Positions 1-14,661 of a stretch of 64,000 nt of DNA are shown here, one piece after another (position 1 is the first letter of the stretch; every line of letters begins with the position of its first letter). The stretch lies in NCBI RefSeq assembly GCF_009914755.1, contig NC_060926.1. One strand, written 5' to 3'. This DNA is from the human T2T-CHM13v2.0 reference genome, Homo sapiens. The translations under genes were made by a program, and so were the position numbers. The notes under the pieces were generated by a model. That model saw only the letters and a program-made list of their open reading frames with translations, searched no databases and had not been told where the DNA came from.

Positions 1-527
1 CAGAAAAGCCCATATGCAAAGCAAAACAAAGCTCTTACAAACAAAGCAAACACAAAACTTCCATAGGAACTGCCTTGCATGGAAGTCCCAGTTCGATGGC
101 CAGTAACCACTGCATCAGAGCAGCCCAGCACCCTCCCCTCTGCAGCTGCTTTTTTGGTCCAAGCTGCAAGGATGGTGAGGAGGGAAGCATAGCTTGGAAG
201 CTTTGAGAGCCCATAGATGAGATGGGCCTTCAGCCTTCAGTCCTGGAGCCTGTGGTGGAAATTCAGCAACCAGGCAAAGCCAGAACAAGCTAACTGCAAC
301 GCTCCTTAACTTGCCCAGTGGTTCCCCTTCCCAAGCTGGCTGGTCTCCCCAGGGCAGAGCTCTAAGCTGCAGAGTTATAAACCAGCAGGGGCAGGCTTCT
401 GGATGAAAAACTAGGCACCACACATAAAAGCTCAGAGCCGAGCATCCAGATAAGCACAAAACACCCACAAGATACTTGATTGTTGATGTTACACTGATCT
501 CTGTCAGCTCAAAAAAAAACATCACTA

Positions 528-1487
<960 letters not shown>

Positions 1488-1895
1488 TACTACCTAAAAA
1501 ACCTGGTATATATGCCTTATGGTATTCGAAGAAAGCATCTTCTTGACTTTTTTGTAAGAGAATGGAATCCAAAATGAGCTATTAGAAGCTTTAAGGGTAG
1601 GAAAAGCACTCAGGCACTAAGGCAGTTAACATGGAGAAGACCCTATAACCACTTGCGCACTGACTGACCTTCCGTCATGCCACACGCAGGTTTCCAAGAA
1701 ATTATGCTTATGACCAGAATTTTAACAAACTCCTAGAGAGAATCATTTTGAAAAACCAAAATATTTTATAAAGCATATATACTCCCTAAATTTAAGTACT
1801 GTAAAATTACACTTGTCATATATCAACTTTGCTTTAAAGTTTGTCTTATCCAAATGAAAAAGGTACAACTTTCAAAAAGGGAAGGTTCTAACCAC

Positions 1896-2299
1896 TGTTC
1901 AATTAAATTTGGCCTAAAGCTGCCTCCACAGGTAATGAACTGCACCCTATCTTACTATGTAAACAAGCTGCAACCTAACCTGCAAGTGTATTCTTGGAAT
2001 AAGTAACTGAGTCTCAGCCAATCACAGCAGCCAAACTTTCAGCCAATACAGGCTGCAAACTGCCAAAACATGTCAAAATAAGGCAAAAGCCAAGCTGTAG
2101 CCAGTCAGACTATTTCAGTCTCTCACTTCTGTTTTCTGTCTATAAATACCACCTGCTGGGTATTTATAGACAGAAAATACTGTTGCTGGTTAGAGCTCTC
2201 TGAACCTTTACTGGTTCAGATGCTGCCTAATTCATGCATTGTTTCTTTACTCAAATAAATGCTGCTAAATTGAATTTGTCAAAAGTTTTCCTTTTAACA
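1896..2299 (+). mobile_element. ERV1 solo LTR (MER57-like)
   Basis: TGTTCAATTAAATTTGGCCTAAAGCTGCCTCC...TTTTAACA; CCAAT boxes, TATAAA, AATAAA; CCAC/CCAG flanks. Confidence 0.75.
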
Positions 2300-3088
2300 C
2301 CAGATTCTCTCTCTCATTATAGACAGGTTATATATATAGAGAGAGTGTATTAGAGTGATTACATATACATACCTACGTATGTATGTATATGTAATCATGC
2401 TAAATGCTTAATTCTCCTCAAGATTTAGGAACCAGTATCACAGGGCAGAGAGTCCATCACCTTCCTTTTAAAACAAATAAATCAATAAAAAGAATATATG
2501 AAATACAGTTGTTACTGTTCTTTTCTGTGAGGAAACTAAATTGGCAAAGGTGAGCAGATATAAAAGGAGAAAGAGCAGGAAATTGTTAAGAAGAAAATCA
2601 CTGAATATGCAAATGATTCTGAAACTGCCCTTAATGATTTTGGAGTAAATAATCCTTAAGTACAATTAAATAGCATTCAAATATGTCATTTTATCAAAAA
2701 AAAAATGTTGTTTAAGGCCAGGGGTGATGTGGGGGAGCCTAAATTATTTTTATTATCCTTCTTAAAAAGATGGAACACCTAGCATACTGTTAGTAGATGA
2801 ATGATAAATGCTCACCATTTACAGAAAATTTAACCTTGGCAAATTAATAACTTTATATTAATTTCAGTTTAAGTTTAGAAGAATGACAAATTAAAATTAA
2901 TTCACACTTAGGACTATGACTAAAAGTAAAATGTTAATTGCATTTTAATCTACTCTGGCCTACTTCAAAAGCATAATTTTAACTCTTGGATGGAGAACGA
3001 AATTTTCTTCTAAAAATAGATTTCGGTAACAATGAAATATCAAGAGCTGGACATTATAATAAAAAGAAAAAAGGTAACAAGAATTTTC

Positions 3089-3396
<308 letters not shown>

Positions 3397-3419
3397 CCAA
3401 GAATTTTCTTTTTAGGACA

Positions 3420-3690
3420 GACTGGAGAAAGGGTGGGAAAAGGATTGGGAGAGGCTGGTTGAAGGTACAGTTGAAATTAAATAGGAGGAATCAGTTCTGG
3501 CGTTCTATGGTTAACAGTACATTACAAAATAGCTAGAAGAGAGATTTTTAAATATCCTCACCACAAAGAGATAAATGCATGAGGCAATGGTCACACTAAA
3601 TACCCTGATTTGCTCATTCTACAACTTATATATGTATTGAAACATCAAATTGTGCTCCCCAAATATGTACAATTACGTGTCAATTAAAGA
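3420..3690 (+). mobile_element. L1MA 3' end fragment
   Basis: CAAAATAGCTAGAAGAGAG...AATATGTACAATTA..TCAATTAAA resembles L1MA 3' UTR. Confidence 0.7.
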
Positions 3691-3761
3691 ATCTGCTTTA
3701 AATTTTTTCAAAAGCATATTTTTTTAAAATATGAAACTCAGCATTTATAAACTACATTAAT

Positions 3762-4068
3762 GGCAGGGCACGGTAGCTCACGCTTGTAATCCCAGCACTT
3801 TGAGAGGCTGAGGAAGGCAGATCACTGACGGATCACTTGAGGTCAGGAGTTCGAGACCAGCCTGGCCAACATGGTGAAACCCCGTCTCTACTAAAAATAC
3901 AGAAAAATATTAGCCGGGCGTGGTGGCACGCTCCTGTAAGCCCAGCTACTGGGAGGTTGAGGCACGAGAATCGCCTGAACCAGGAGGTGGAGGTTGCAGT
4001 GAGACAGGATCGCACCACTGCACTCCAGCCTGGGAGACAGTGTGAGGCTCTGTCTCAAAATATAAAAA
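3762..4068 (+). mobile_element. AluS
   Basis: Full dimeric Alu. Confidence 0.95.
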
Positions 4069-4788
4069 TTTTTTTTAAAAAACCCTACATTTATAAACTA
4101 GGACTATATGAGGGTTAAATAACATTTGAAAACTTCTTGGCATTTTTTTGTTGTTGTTTAGCTGCATAATACAAATGAAAGCACCATTATTCTAGAAGAG
4201 TTGGTTAAACCATCTTTCACTGACAGAACTTTTGAGAAAGATATTTTCAACATATTCATTTATAAATGATTTCAAAGTCTTCAACCTCAGCCATTTTTTA
4301 GATAGGTCAAAAAAATAAAATCTTCCACCTCTAGGGGTTTAGGTAACACAATAGGTACAAGATAAATTTTAGCTAATCTGCTGACTGGCACATGCTTCTC
4401 CATGCTGTAACTGCTTTACTGCATAATGACATTAGCAGCTGACCTTCCCTGAGGAAGAACCATAATCAGTTCCAAATAAATATATCCTTGATTACTGTTC
4501 ACATCTAGAATACACCACCCACTGACAAATCAACATCTACAATTCCTCAGACCTGCCATTATGACCTTGAATCTGGAGCAAATACACAAAACCATAATTC
4601 GTTTTCTCTGCTCAAGATATGCAAGACTCTCCATAAACCATTCTGGACAGTTGAGTTTTCCCAAGGGTTGGAGACTTAACCATTTAGAAAGAATATTTCA
4701 TACACTTTCTTAAACAAGGTATACTGGGTATAAATTCTATTTTTCTTGATTTGCAACCATCAGTGAGAATATTAATCCTTGTACTGTG

Positions 4789-5120
4789 TGTTGGGAGACA
4801 TTTCTCCATGGGTCTCTCACACGTCTGCGTGTCTTAGAAGCAGAGGGGCTGGCTGCTTTCATTCTGAACTATCTTTCAAGGATATGTACATAGCGAACAG
4901 CTTAGAAAGACAGAGACAGTATCTCCCACCAGACTGTCCAGTAGCATGAAGACATCTCACTCCAGGGTAAGGCTGGGCAGGTTTGCTTGCAGCCCTTTAT
5001 AAAGAATTTGATTTACCTAAACCTGGGGTTCTACAGCTGTGACATAAACCCACTGCACATGCAGTAGCAACTGAGCTACTCTGATTGCCCCTGTGGGACC
5101 TATAGGGAGGAGGAATGGAA
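4789..5120 (+). mobile_element. ERVL-type LTR fragment (LTR40-like)
   Basis: TGTTGGGAGACATTTCTCCATGGGTCTCTC start. Confidence 0.55.
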
Positions 5121-5134
5121 TAAACTCCTCCTCT

Positions 5135-5346
5135 CAGTGGTGGCATTAGATTCTCATAGGAGCGTGAACCCTATTGTGAACTGAGCATATGAGGGATCTA
5201 GGTTGCATGCTCCTTATGAGAATCTAATGCCTGATGATCTCAGATGGGACAGTTTCAACCCAAAACCATCCCCCTACCACCCCATCCATGAAAAAACTGT
5301 CTTCCATGAAACCGGTCCCTGGTGCCAAAAAGGTTGAGGACTGCTA
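5135..5346 (+). mobile_element. MER1B (hAT-Charlie) fragment
   Basis: GGCATTAGATTCTCATAGGAGCGTGAACCC...GGTCCCTGGTGCCAAAAAGGTT. Confidence 0.8.
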
Positions 5347-5654
5347 CTCTACAACACCATCCACCGAACAGGATGTAATGGACATTTATAGAACACCCCA
5401 CTAATGACTGCAAAATACACATACTTTTCAAGTATCCACAACATAGATGCCAAGACGTCCACATCCTGCACCACAGGGAAAAACCATGACGAGTCTGAAG
5501 AAGTGAAATTAAACAATGTGTTCTCTGACCACAGTGGAATCAAATTAGAAATCAGAAACAGGAACCTACCAGGAAAGTCTTCAAACACTTGGAAACTAAG
5601 CAACAGACTACTAAACAAGCCCTGGACCAAAGACGAAGTCTCAAAGGAAACAAA

Positions 5655-5946
5655 GGCCAGGTTCGGTGGCTCTCAGTTGTAATCCCAGCACTTTGGGAGG
5701 CTGAGGTGGGCAGATCACTTGAGGTCAGGAGTTCCAGACCAGACTAGCCAACATGATGAAACCCCAACTCTACTAAAAATACAAAAATCAGCTGGGCTTG
5801 ATGGCAGGCACTGTAATCCCAGCTTCTCAGGAGACTGAAGCAGGAGAATCGCTTGAACCCAGGAGGGAGAGGTTGCAGTGAGCTGAGATCACTGTTCTCC
5901 AGCCTGGGTGACAGAGCGAGACTCTGTCTCAAAAAAAAAAAAAAAA
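5655..5946 (+). mobile_element. AluS inside L1
   Basis: Full Alu with A-tail. Confidence 0.95.
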
Positions 5947-5992
5947 GGAAACTAAAAATACACTGAACTGAATGAAAGTGGGACACAGTTAA

Positions 5993-6064
5993 AGCACTGT
6001 GAAGAGGAAAATGTATAGCACTGTGAAGAGGAAAATGTATAGCACTGTGAAGAGGAAAATGTAT
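5993..6064. repeat. 3 perfect copies of 24-bp unit AGCACTGTGAAGAGGAAAATGTAT
   Basis: Read directly. Confidence 0.95.
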
Positions 6065-7840
6065 AAATGCATAAATTAAATGAGAAAAAGTCTCAAGTCA
6101 ATAATCTAAGCTCCCACCTCAAGAACCTAGAAAATCAAGAGCAAAACAAACCCAAAGCAAGCAGAAGGAAAGAAATAATAATGAGTGGAAATCAATACAA
6201 TTGAAAACAGAAAAACAATAGAAAATCCATGAAAAAAGAGGTGGTTTTTTGAAAAGATTTTTTAAACACTGATGAATCTTGAGCAAGACCAGCTAGGGAA
6301 AAAAAAAAGAAGGCACAAATAACCAATATTGGGAATGAAATGGAGGATATCATTACAGGCTCTGCAAATAGCGAAAGGATAATAAGGGAATACTATGAAC
6401 TAATTACATACATACATTTCACAGCACAGACAAAATGGACCAATTTCTTAAAAAACTAAAACTACCACCACTCACCAATATGAAATAAACAATATGAATA
6501 GCCCTATAACTATTAAGGAAATTAAATTCATAATTTAAGAACTCCCAAGAAAGAAATCTCTATAAGAACCTGATGAGGTGCCTGGAAAAAAGGAAGGAAG
6601 GAAGGAAGGAGAAAAGAAAAGAAATCTCCAGTCCTAGAAGGTTTCACTAGAGAACTCTACAAAACATTTAAAGAAGAATTAACATCAATTGTACACAACC
6701 TCTTTCAGAAAATGGAAAAGGAACATTTCCTAATTCACTTTATGCAGCTAGTTTTTCCACAATAAAGCCAGACAAAGCCATTACTAAAAAAAAGACAACA
6801 ACAGACCAATATCCCTTATGAATATAGACATGAAAATCCTTAGTAAGACATTAGCAAATAGAATTTAGCAATACATAAAAATAATTATACACCCTGACCA
6901 AGTAGTTTTTTCCAGAGAAGCAAGGTTAGTTTAATATCTGAAAAGCAATCAATGTAATCCACCAAATTAACAAGCTAAAGAAAAATCACATGATCACATC
7001 AAGTGATACAGAAAAGGCACCTGACAAACTTCAATGGAGACTCAACATCCACTGACAATAAGGACTCTCAGAAAAACAAGAAAAGAGGGGAACATCTCAA
7101 TTTGATAAAGAGCATCTATAAAAAACAAACCAAAAAAAAAAAAAAACTAGAGCTAACGTTAGACTTCATAATGAAAGACTGAATGCTTTCCCCCTAAGAT
7201 CAGGAACAAGGAAAAATAGCCATTCTCACCATTCTTATTCAACATGCTGCTGGAAGTTCTAGCCAGTGAAACAATGCAAGACAAGGAAATAAAAGGCAAA
7301 GAGATGAGAAAGGAAGAAATAAAACTGTCCCTATTTGCAGATAACATGATTATCTACACAGAAAATCCCAAGAATTCTCAAAAAACAAAAAAATCTGGAA
7401 TTAATGAATTTGGCAAAGTTACAGGATACAAAATAAACATACAAAACCAACTATATTTCCAAATAGTAGCAATGAACACATGGAACACAATATACAATAT
7501 AAATACAAATACAAAATACAATAACATTCACAATCACTCAAAAACAAGTATTTAGGTGTAAATCTAACAAAACATGCACAATAATATTGAAATTAGGCCA
7601 ATTAATAACACTGCAATGGCCTCTAAGTTTTTAAGTGACAGGAGGAGTTGTTAGTCTCTCATTTTAAATCAAAAGTTAGAAATGATTAAGCTTAGTGAGG
7701 AAGGCATGTCAAAAGCCAAGATAGGTTGAATGCTAGGCCCCTTGCACCAAACAGCCAAGTTGTGAATACAAAGGAAAAGTTATTGAGGAAATTAAAATGC
7801 TATTACAGTGAACACACAAATGGTAAGAAGGCAAAACAGA

Positions 7841-8206
<366 letters not shown>

Positions 8207-9731
8207 TTAAGCCAAAGCCTAATCCAGAGGAAGGCCCTAACACTCTTCAATTCTATGAAGGCTAAGAGAGGTGAGAAAGCTATATAAGAAGAGTGAAGCT
8301 AGCAGAGGTTGGTTCATGATGTTTAAGGAAAGAAGCAGTCTCCATAACAAAAAAAGTGCAAAATGAAGCCTCAGGTGCTGATGTAGAAGCTGCACCAAGT
8401 TATCCTGAAGATCTAGCTAAGATTGATGAAGCTGGCTACACTAAACAACAGATTTTCAACACAGACAAAACAGCCTTATATTGGAAGATGAAGCCATCTA
8501 GGATCTGCATAGCTAGGGAGAAGTCAACGCCTGGTTTTAAAGCTTCAAAGGACAGGCTGACTGTGGGTAAGGGTTAAGGCAGCTGGTGACTTTCAGTTGA
8601 AGCCAACGCTCACTGATCATTGTGAAAATCTTAGGGCCCTTAAGAATTATGTTAAATCTACTCTACCTGTGCTGTATAAGCGGAACAACAAAGTCTGCAT
8701 GACAGTGCATCTGTTTACAGCATCGTTTATTAAATATTTTAAGCCCACTGTTGAGACCTAATCCTCAGGAAAAAAAAGATTCCTTTCAAAATATTACTGC
8801 TCATTGACAATGCACCTGGCCACCCGAGTGCTCTCATGGACATGGACAAGGAGATTCATGTTTTCATGCCTGCTACCACAATATGCATTCTGAAGCTTAT
8901 GGATCAAGAAGCAATTTCAACTTTCATGTCTTATTATTTAAGAAAATACATCTTGTAAGACTACTGCTACCGTAGATAGTGATTCCTCAGATGGATATGG
9001 GCAAAATAATACGAAAACCTTCTGGAAAGGATTCACCATTCTAAAGGCCATTAAAAATATTCATGATTCAGGAGGAGATCAAAATAGCAACATTAATAGG
9101 ACTTTGGAAGGACTCCAACCTTCATGGATGACTTTGAGGAGTTCAAGACTTCAGTGGAGGAAGTAACAGCAAATGTGGTGGAAATAGCAAGACAACTAGA
9201 ACTAGAAGTGAAGCCTTAAGATGGGACTGAACTGCTGCAATCTCATAATAAAATGCCAGCGGATTAGGAGTTACTTCTTATGAATGAGCAAAGAAAGCAG
9301 TTTCTTGAGACAGAATCTACTCCTGGTGAAAATGCTCTCCCTGTCGCCTAGGCTGGAGTGCTGTGTTGAAACGACAAAAAAAGCGTTTAGAATATTGCAT
9401 AAACTTGTAAAGCAGCAGCATGGTTTGAGAGAATTGACTCCAATTTTGAAAGTTCTGCTATTGATAAAATGCTGTCAAACAGCATCTCATGTTACAGAGA
9501 AGTCTTTCTTGAAAGGAAGAGTCAATCAATACAACAAACATCATTGTTAGCTTATTTTAACAAATTGCTACAGCCACCCCAACCTTCAGCAACCACCGCA
9601 CCAATCAGTTAGCAGCCATCAACATTGAGGCAAGACCCTCGACCAGCAAAAGGATCATGACTCGTTGAAGTCAGGTGATAGTTAGCATTTTTTAGCAATC
9701 AAGTATCTTTAATTCAGATATGTACATTTGA

Positions 9732-10139
<408 letters not shown>

Positions 10140-10213
10140 TCATTTTGCTGTGATCATCATTTTATGTCAGTGGTCTGTGACCAAACCTGCAATATCTCTG
10201 AGGTATGCCTGTA

Positions 10214-10690
10214 GACAAGTGATTGGCAGCAGCTTAATTCATAATAGCCAAAAAGTGGAAACAATAGCAATAGCCTTCAAAGAGTGAATGGTTAAACTCT
10301 TTCATCTATATGATGGAATAGTACTCAGGGATAAAAAAGAACAAAACTATCATTCACTCAACAAGCTAGATGAATCACCACAGAATTATTCTGAGTGAAG
10401 AAAAAACAATACAAAAAGGCTATATACCACAATTTCATGATATATAACATTATTGAAATGATAAAATTATAGAAATAGAGAAGAAAGTTGTGGTTGCCAG
10501 GGGCTAAGGAGGAGCTAGGTAGTGGTTGTGGCCACAAGGCAGTATTAGGAATCTTTGATGATGGAAATATTGTTACCTTACTTAAATGTATCAATGTCAA
10601 TGTATTGATTGTGTTATGTATTCTATATGGTTTTGCAAGATGTTACCACTGGGAGAAACTAGGTAAGATGTACAAGAGATCTCTCTAGGC
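10214..10690 (+). mobile_element. L1MC/MD-type 3' region
   Basis: TTCATAATAGCCAAAAAGTGGAAACAA, TTGCAAGATGTTACCA motifs. Confidence 0.65.
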
Positions 10691-10692
10691 TA

Positions 10693-11327
10693 CAGTAGTC
10701 CTCACTTACAGTTCCACTTTCGATGGTTTGAACCCAAAATGGGTTTCGTGGGTTTGTTACCCACGGCCAACCACTGTCCAAAAATATTAAATGAAAAATT
10801 GCAGAAGTAAACACTCACACTTTTATTACAATATATGGTGATAACTGTTCAATTTTATTATTATTTTGTTACTCTCTTACTGTGCCTAATTTAAAACTCA
10901 AATTTTATTATAGATATGTATGTACAGTCAGCCCTCCATATCTGTGGGTTCTGCCTTTGCAGACTCAACCAACTTCAGGTGAAAATATCCTGGGAAGAAA
11001 ACGATAAAAAAATACGGATACACACACAAAAAAATTGTAAAATACAGTATCACAACTATTTATATAGCATTTACATTGTATCTAGTATTATAAGTAACCT
11101 AGAGATTATTTAAAGTATACAGAAGAATGTGCATAAGTTACATGCAAATACATCATTTTATATAAGGGACTTGAGCATCCATGGATTTTTGGCATCCATA
11201 GGAGGTCATGGAACCAATCCCCCACAGATATTGACAGACAACCATGTAGGAAAAAACATATATAGGGTTCAGGCCTCCATTGGGGGGGTCTTGGAATTTA
11301 GCCTCTGAGGATAAGGAGGGACTACTA
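10693..11327. mobile_element. MER44A-like MITE with nested Tigger3-like MITE (~10925-11243)
   Basis: CAGTAGTCC...GGATAAGGAGGGACTACTA outer termini; inner CAGTCAGCCCTCCATATCTGTGGG...GGAACCAATCCCCACAGATA. Confidence 0.7.
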
Positions 11328-11434
11328 TATTTTTTATAACCGCACGTCAATCTATATAGTTAGCTCAAAATAGTGTTTTTTTTGAACAACATTGCCCTTT
11401 GAAGGAATTATTAGCCAAAGCATGTCAGCAGATC

Positions 11435-11512
11435 TTTTTTTCTTTGAGGCAGGGTCTCTCCCTGTTGCCTAGGCTGGAGTGTAGTGGCAGGATTATACCT
11501 CACTGCAGCCTT
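11435..11512 (-). mobile_element. Short truncated AluJ fragment
   Basis: TTTGAGGCAGGGTCTCTCCCTGTTGCCTAGGCTGGAGTG...CACTGCAGCC. Confidence 0.85.
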
Positions 11513-11529
11513 GTCACCAGATTTTAATA

Positions 11530-11924
11530 CAGTGGCGTTTTGAACAATAGGAGTCCAACTTCTATTTTTTTCCACCTCTGCCATCCCTGAGAAAGACCAA
11601 CCCTTCCTCTTCCTCCTCAGCCTACTCAGTGTGAAGATGACAAGTCTGAAGACCTTTATGATCTACTTCCACTTACTGAACAGTAAATAATTTTCTCTTC
11701 CTTGTGATTCTAGTAACATTCTTTTCTAGTTTACTTTTAAAAATACAGTAAATAATACATATAACATATAAAATGTGTTAATCAACTGTTTGTTATCAGT
11801 AAGACTTCGAATCAACAGTAGGCTATTAATAGTTAAGTTTTAGGGTAGTCAAAAGTTACACACAGATTTTTGACTGTGTGGAAGGTCAGTGCCCCTAACC
11901 CCTGTGTTGTTCAAGGGTCAGCTG
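11530..11924. mobile_element. Tigger2a-like MITE
   Basis: TA|CAGTGGCGTTTTGAACAA...TTGTTCAAGGGTCAGCTG|TA. Confidence 0.8.
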
Positions 11925-12676
11925 TATTTCTAATTTTCTTGTTGACAGGCAGAAGAGTTTACTAAGAAAATTCACCTCTAACAATCTAGTTTCAAGGCAT
12001 TTTCCAGGTGGTTTGTCATGTGCAGCTAGGAGCTAAATAGGCAAAGATGTAGAAGACAATGTAGATTTAGAAGAGAATATATAACACATTTTTATTAAAG
12101 TATGAAGTTGAACAAGAACTCAGTACTGAACTCAAGATATTTTCATTATTCCTGCCCATGATCATGAATGCTTCTAAACAGAGCGCAGGCAGCACCTGAC
12201 CAGTGTATGACCAACTCATGGAGAAGCAATTCTAAAGGAAGTCCTGTCTTCCTTACTTCCAGCCAGCCTAGGATACTTCCCTATCAGAATCTTTCACTCC
12301 CAAGCCATCTCTGCAGCTCACCTCAGCCCTAACCACCCCCAGCCCAAGTTGGCTAGGCAAAAAGAAGAGGAAGAAGAAAATGGTAAACATGTGCATGCCA
12401 CACCTGTTTACTCTTCTCTCCTGCCCGCCTTGCCACAATTCCTCTGAAGACGAACACCCAAAGGAAGGAGAGGGTAGGAATGGCACAGGACTTGCTAACA
12501 CCTCCAGCTGCCAGGCCTCCTCTCACCAGTTATGAGGAAAGCCAGGCTTCATTCTTACCCCACCCCCACCAACTCTCACCTCCCTCAGCCTTCACAAAAA
12601 AACTCCACCCATACCTCCCCAATCCTATCCAGAAGCATTTCCAAAGTCCCTTCTTCCCTTTAAAACTAGTCTCCTG

Positions 12677-13070
<394 letters not shown>

Positions 13071-13277
13071 TCATTTGTGGATACCCTAACCCTCGCCTTA
13101 TAGTAACTCTAGTTACTAGAGCAACTAGGAAGCTCTCCTGAAATCGTAGTTCATTTTCTGGTGATTAGGTTACTTTCAGAAATTAGAGGTTTCATTTATA
13201 CTAAGAAACTTAATATGAAACTACTATTCCCACCTAATGAGCAAGAAATGCTTTCACTTATTAATATATCTTGCCAG

Positions 13278-13814
<537 letters not shown>

Positions 13815-14334
13815 CTACAACAATGACAATGGCCTCTCTATTGATTGGCAGGGTCAATTTGGCTGACAAGTTGGCTGGTCAGGTTTCTCATCTCCAGGTG
13901 CTCTGCTTCCAAAGCTGGGAGTGGTACAAAGAGATTACATGGTCCTTGCACCAGAGTTCATCTACTTTACTCAACCCCATAGTTTTACATTCAGTTCTAA
14001 CAAATTTAGATGGTTTCCAAGTTCAGTTAATCAGACAGAATAAATCTTCATAGAGAGAAAAACACTTTATTCATTCAACAACTATTTGTTGAGTGCCTAA
14101 GAAGTGCCAGACACTTGGAGATTCAGCAGTGACTGATACACAATGACCCCATCTCCTCCTGGCTTATGTGTGTTTGGTGGGAGGCAGAGGCAGAGGGTTA
14201 GACAGTAGAAAAGTAAATTAAAATTAAAATAATTGTAAATAAAATAATTACAACATGTTACGGTGGCTAACAAGGACATAAACAGAGCTGAGGATCTTGC
14301 ACTCTCAGAATTATGAAAAGCAATATTCAATCAA

Positions 14335-14661
14335 GGCCAGGCGCAGTGGCTCACACCTGTACTCCCACCACGTTAGGAGGCCAAAGTGGGAGAATCCCTT
14401 GAGCCCAGGAGATCAAGACCAACAACATAGCAAGACCCCATCTCTACAAAAAATAAAAATAAAAATAAAAAAATTAGCCAGGCATGGTGGTTGTGCCCAC
14501 AGTTCCAGCTACTCGGGAGGCTAAGGTGGGAGGATCGCTTGAGGCCTGGAGTTCAAGGCTGCAGAGAGCTGTGATTGTGCCACTGAACTACAGCCTAGGT
14601 AAAAGAGTGAGACCACATCACACGCGAAAATAATTAAAAAACAAAAACTAAAAAACTAAAA
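14335..14661 (+). mobile_element. AluJ
   Basis: Dimeric Alu, degenerate tail. Confidence 0.9.

Larger units (their letters stand above)
5347..7580 (+). mobile_element. Old L1 (L1M) ORF2 remnant
   Basis: Degenerate endonuclease ([14 protein letters not shown] 5404..5682) and RT (LSLFADNMII, ORF 7244..7555) peptides; A-rich; many stops. Confidence 0.9.

Noticed and set aside
5993-6064. 24-bp repeats as a possible CRISPR array
   Set aside because: No spacers, eukaryotic L1 context, no cas genes
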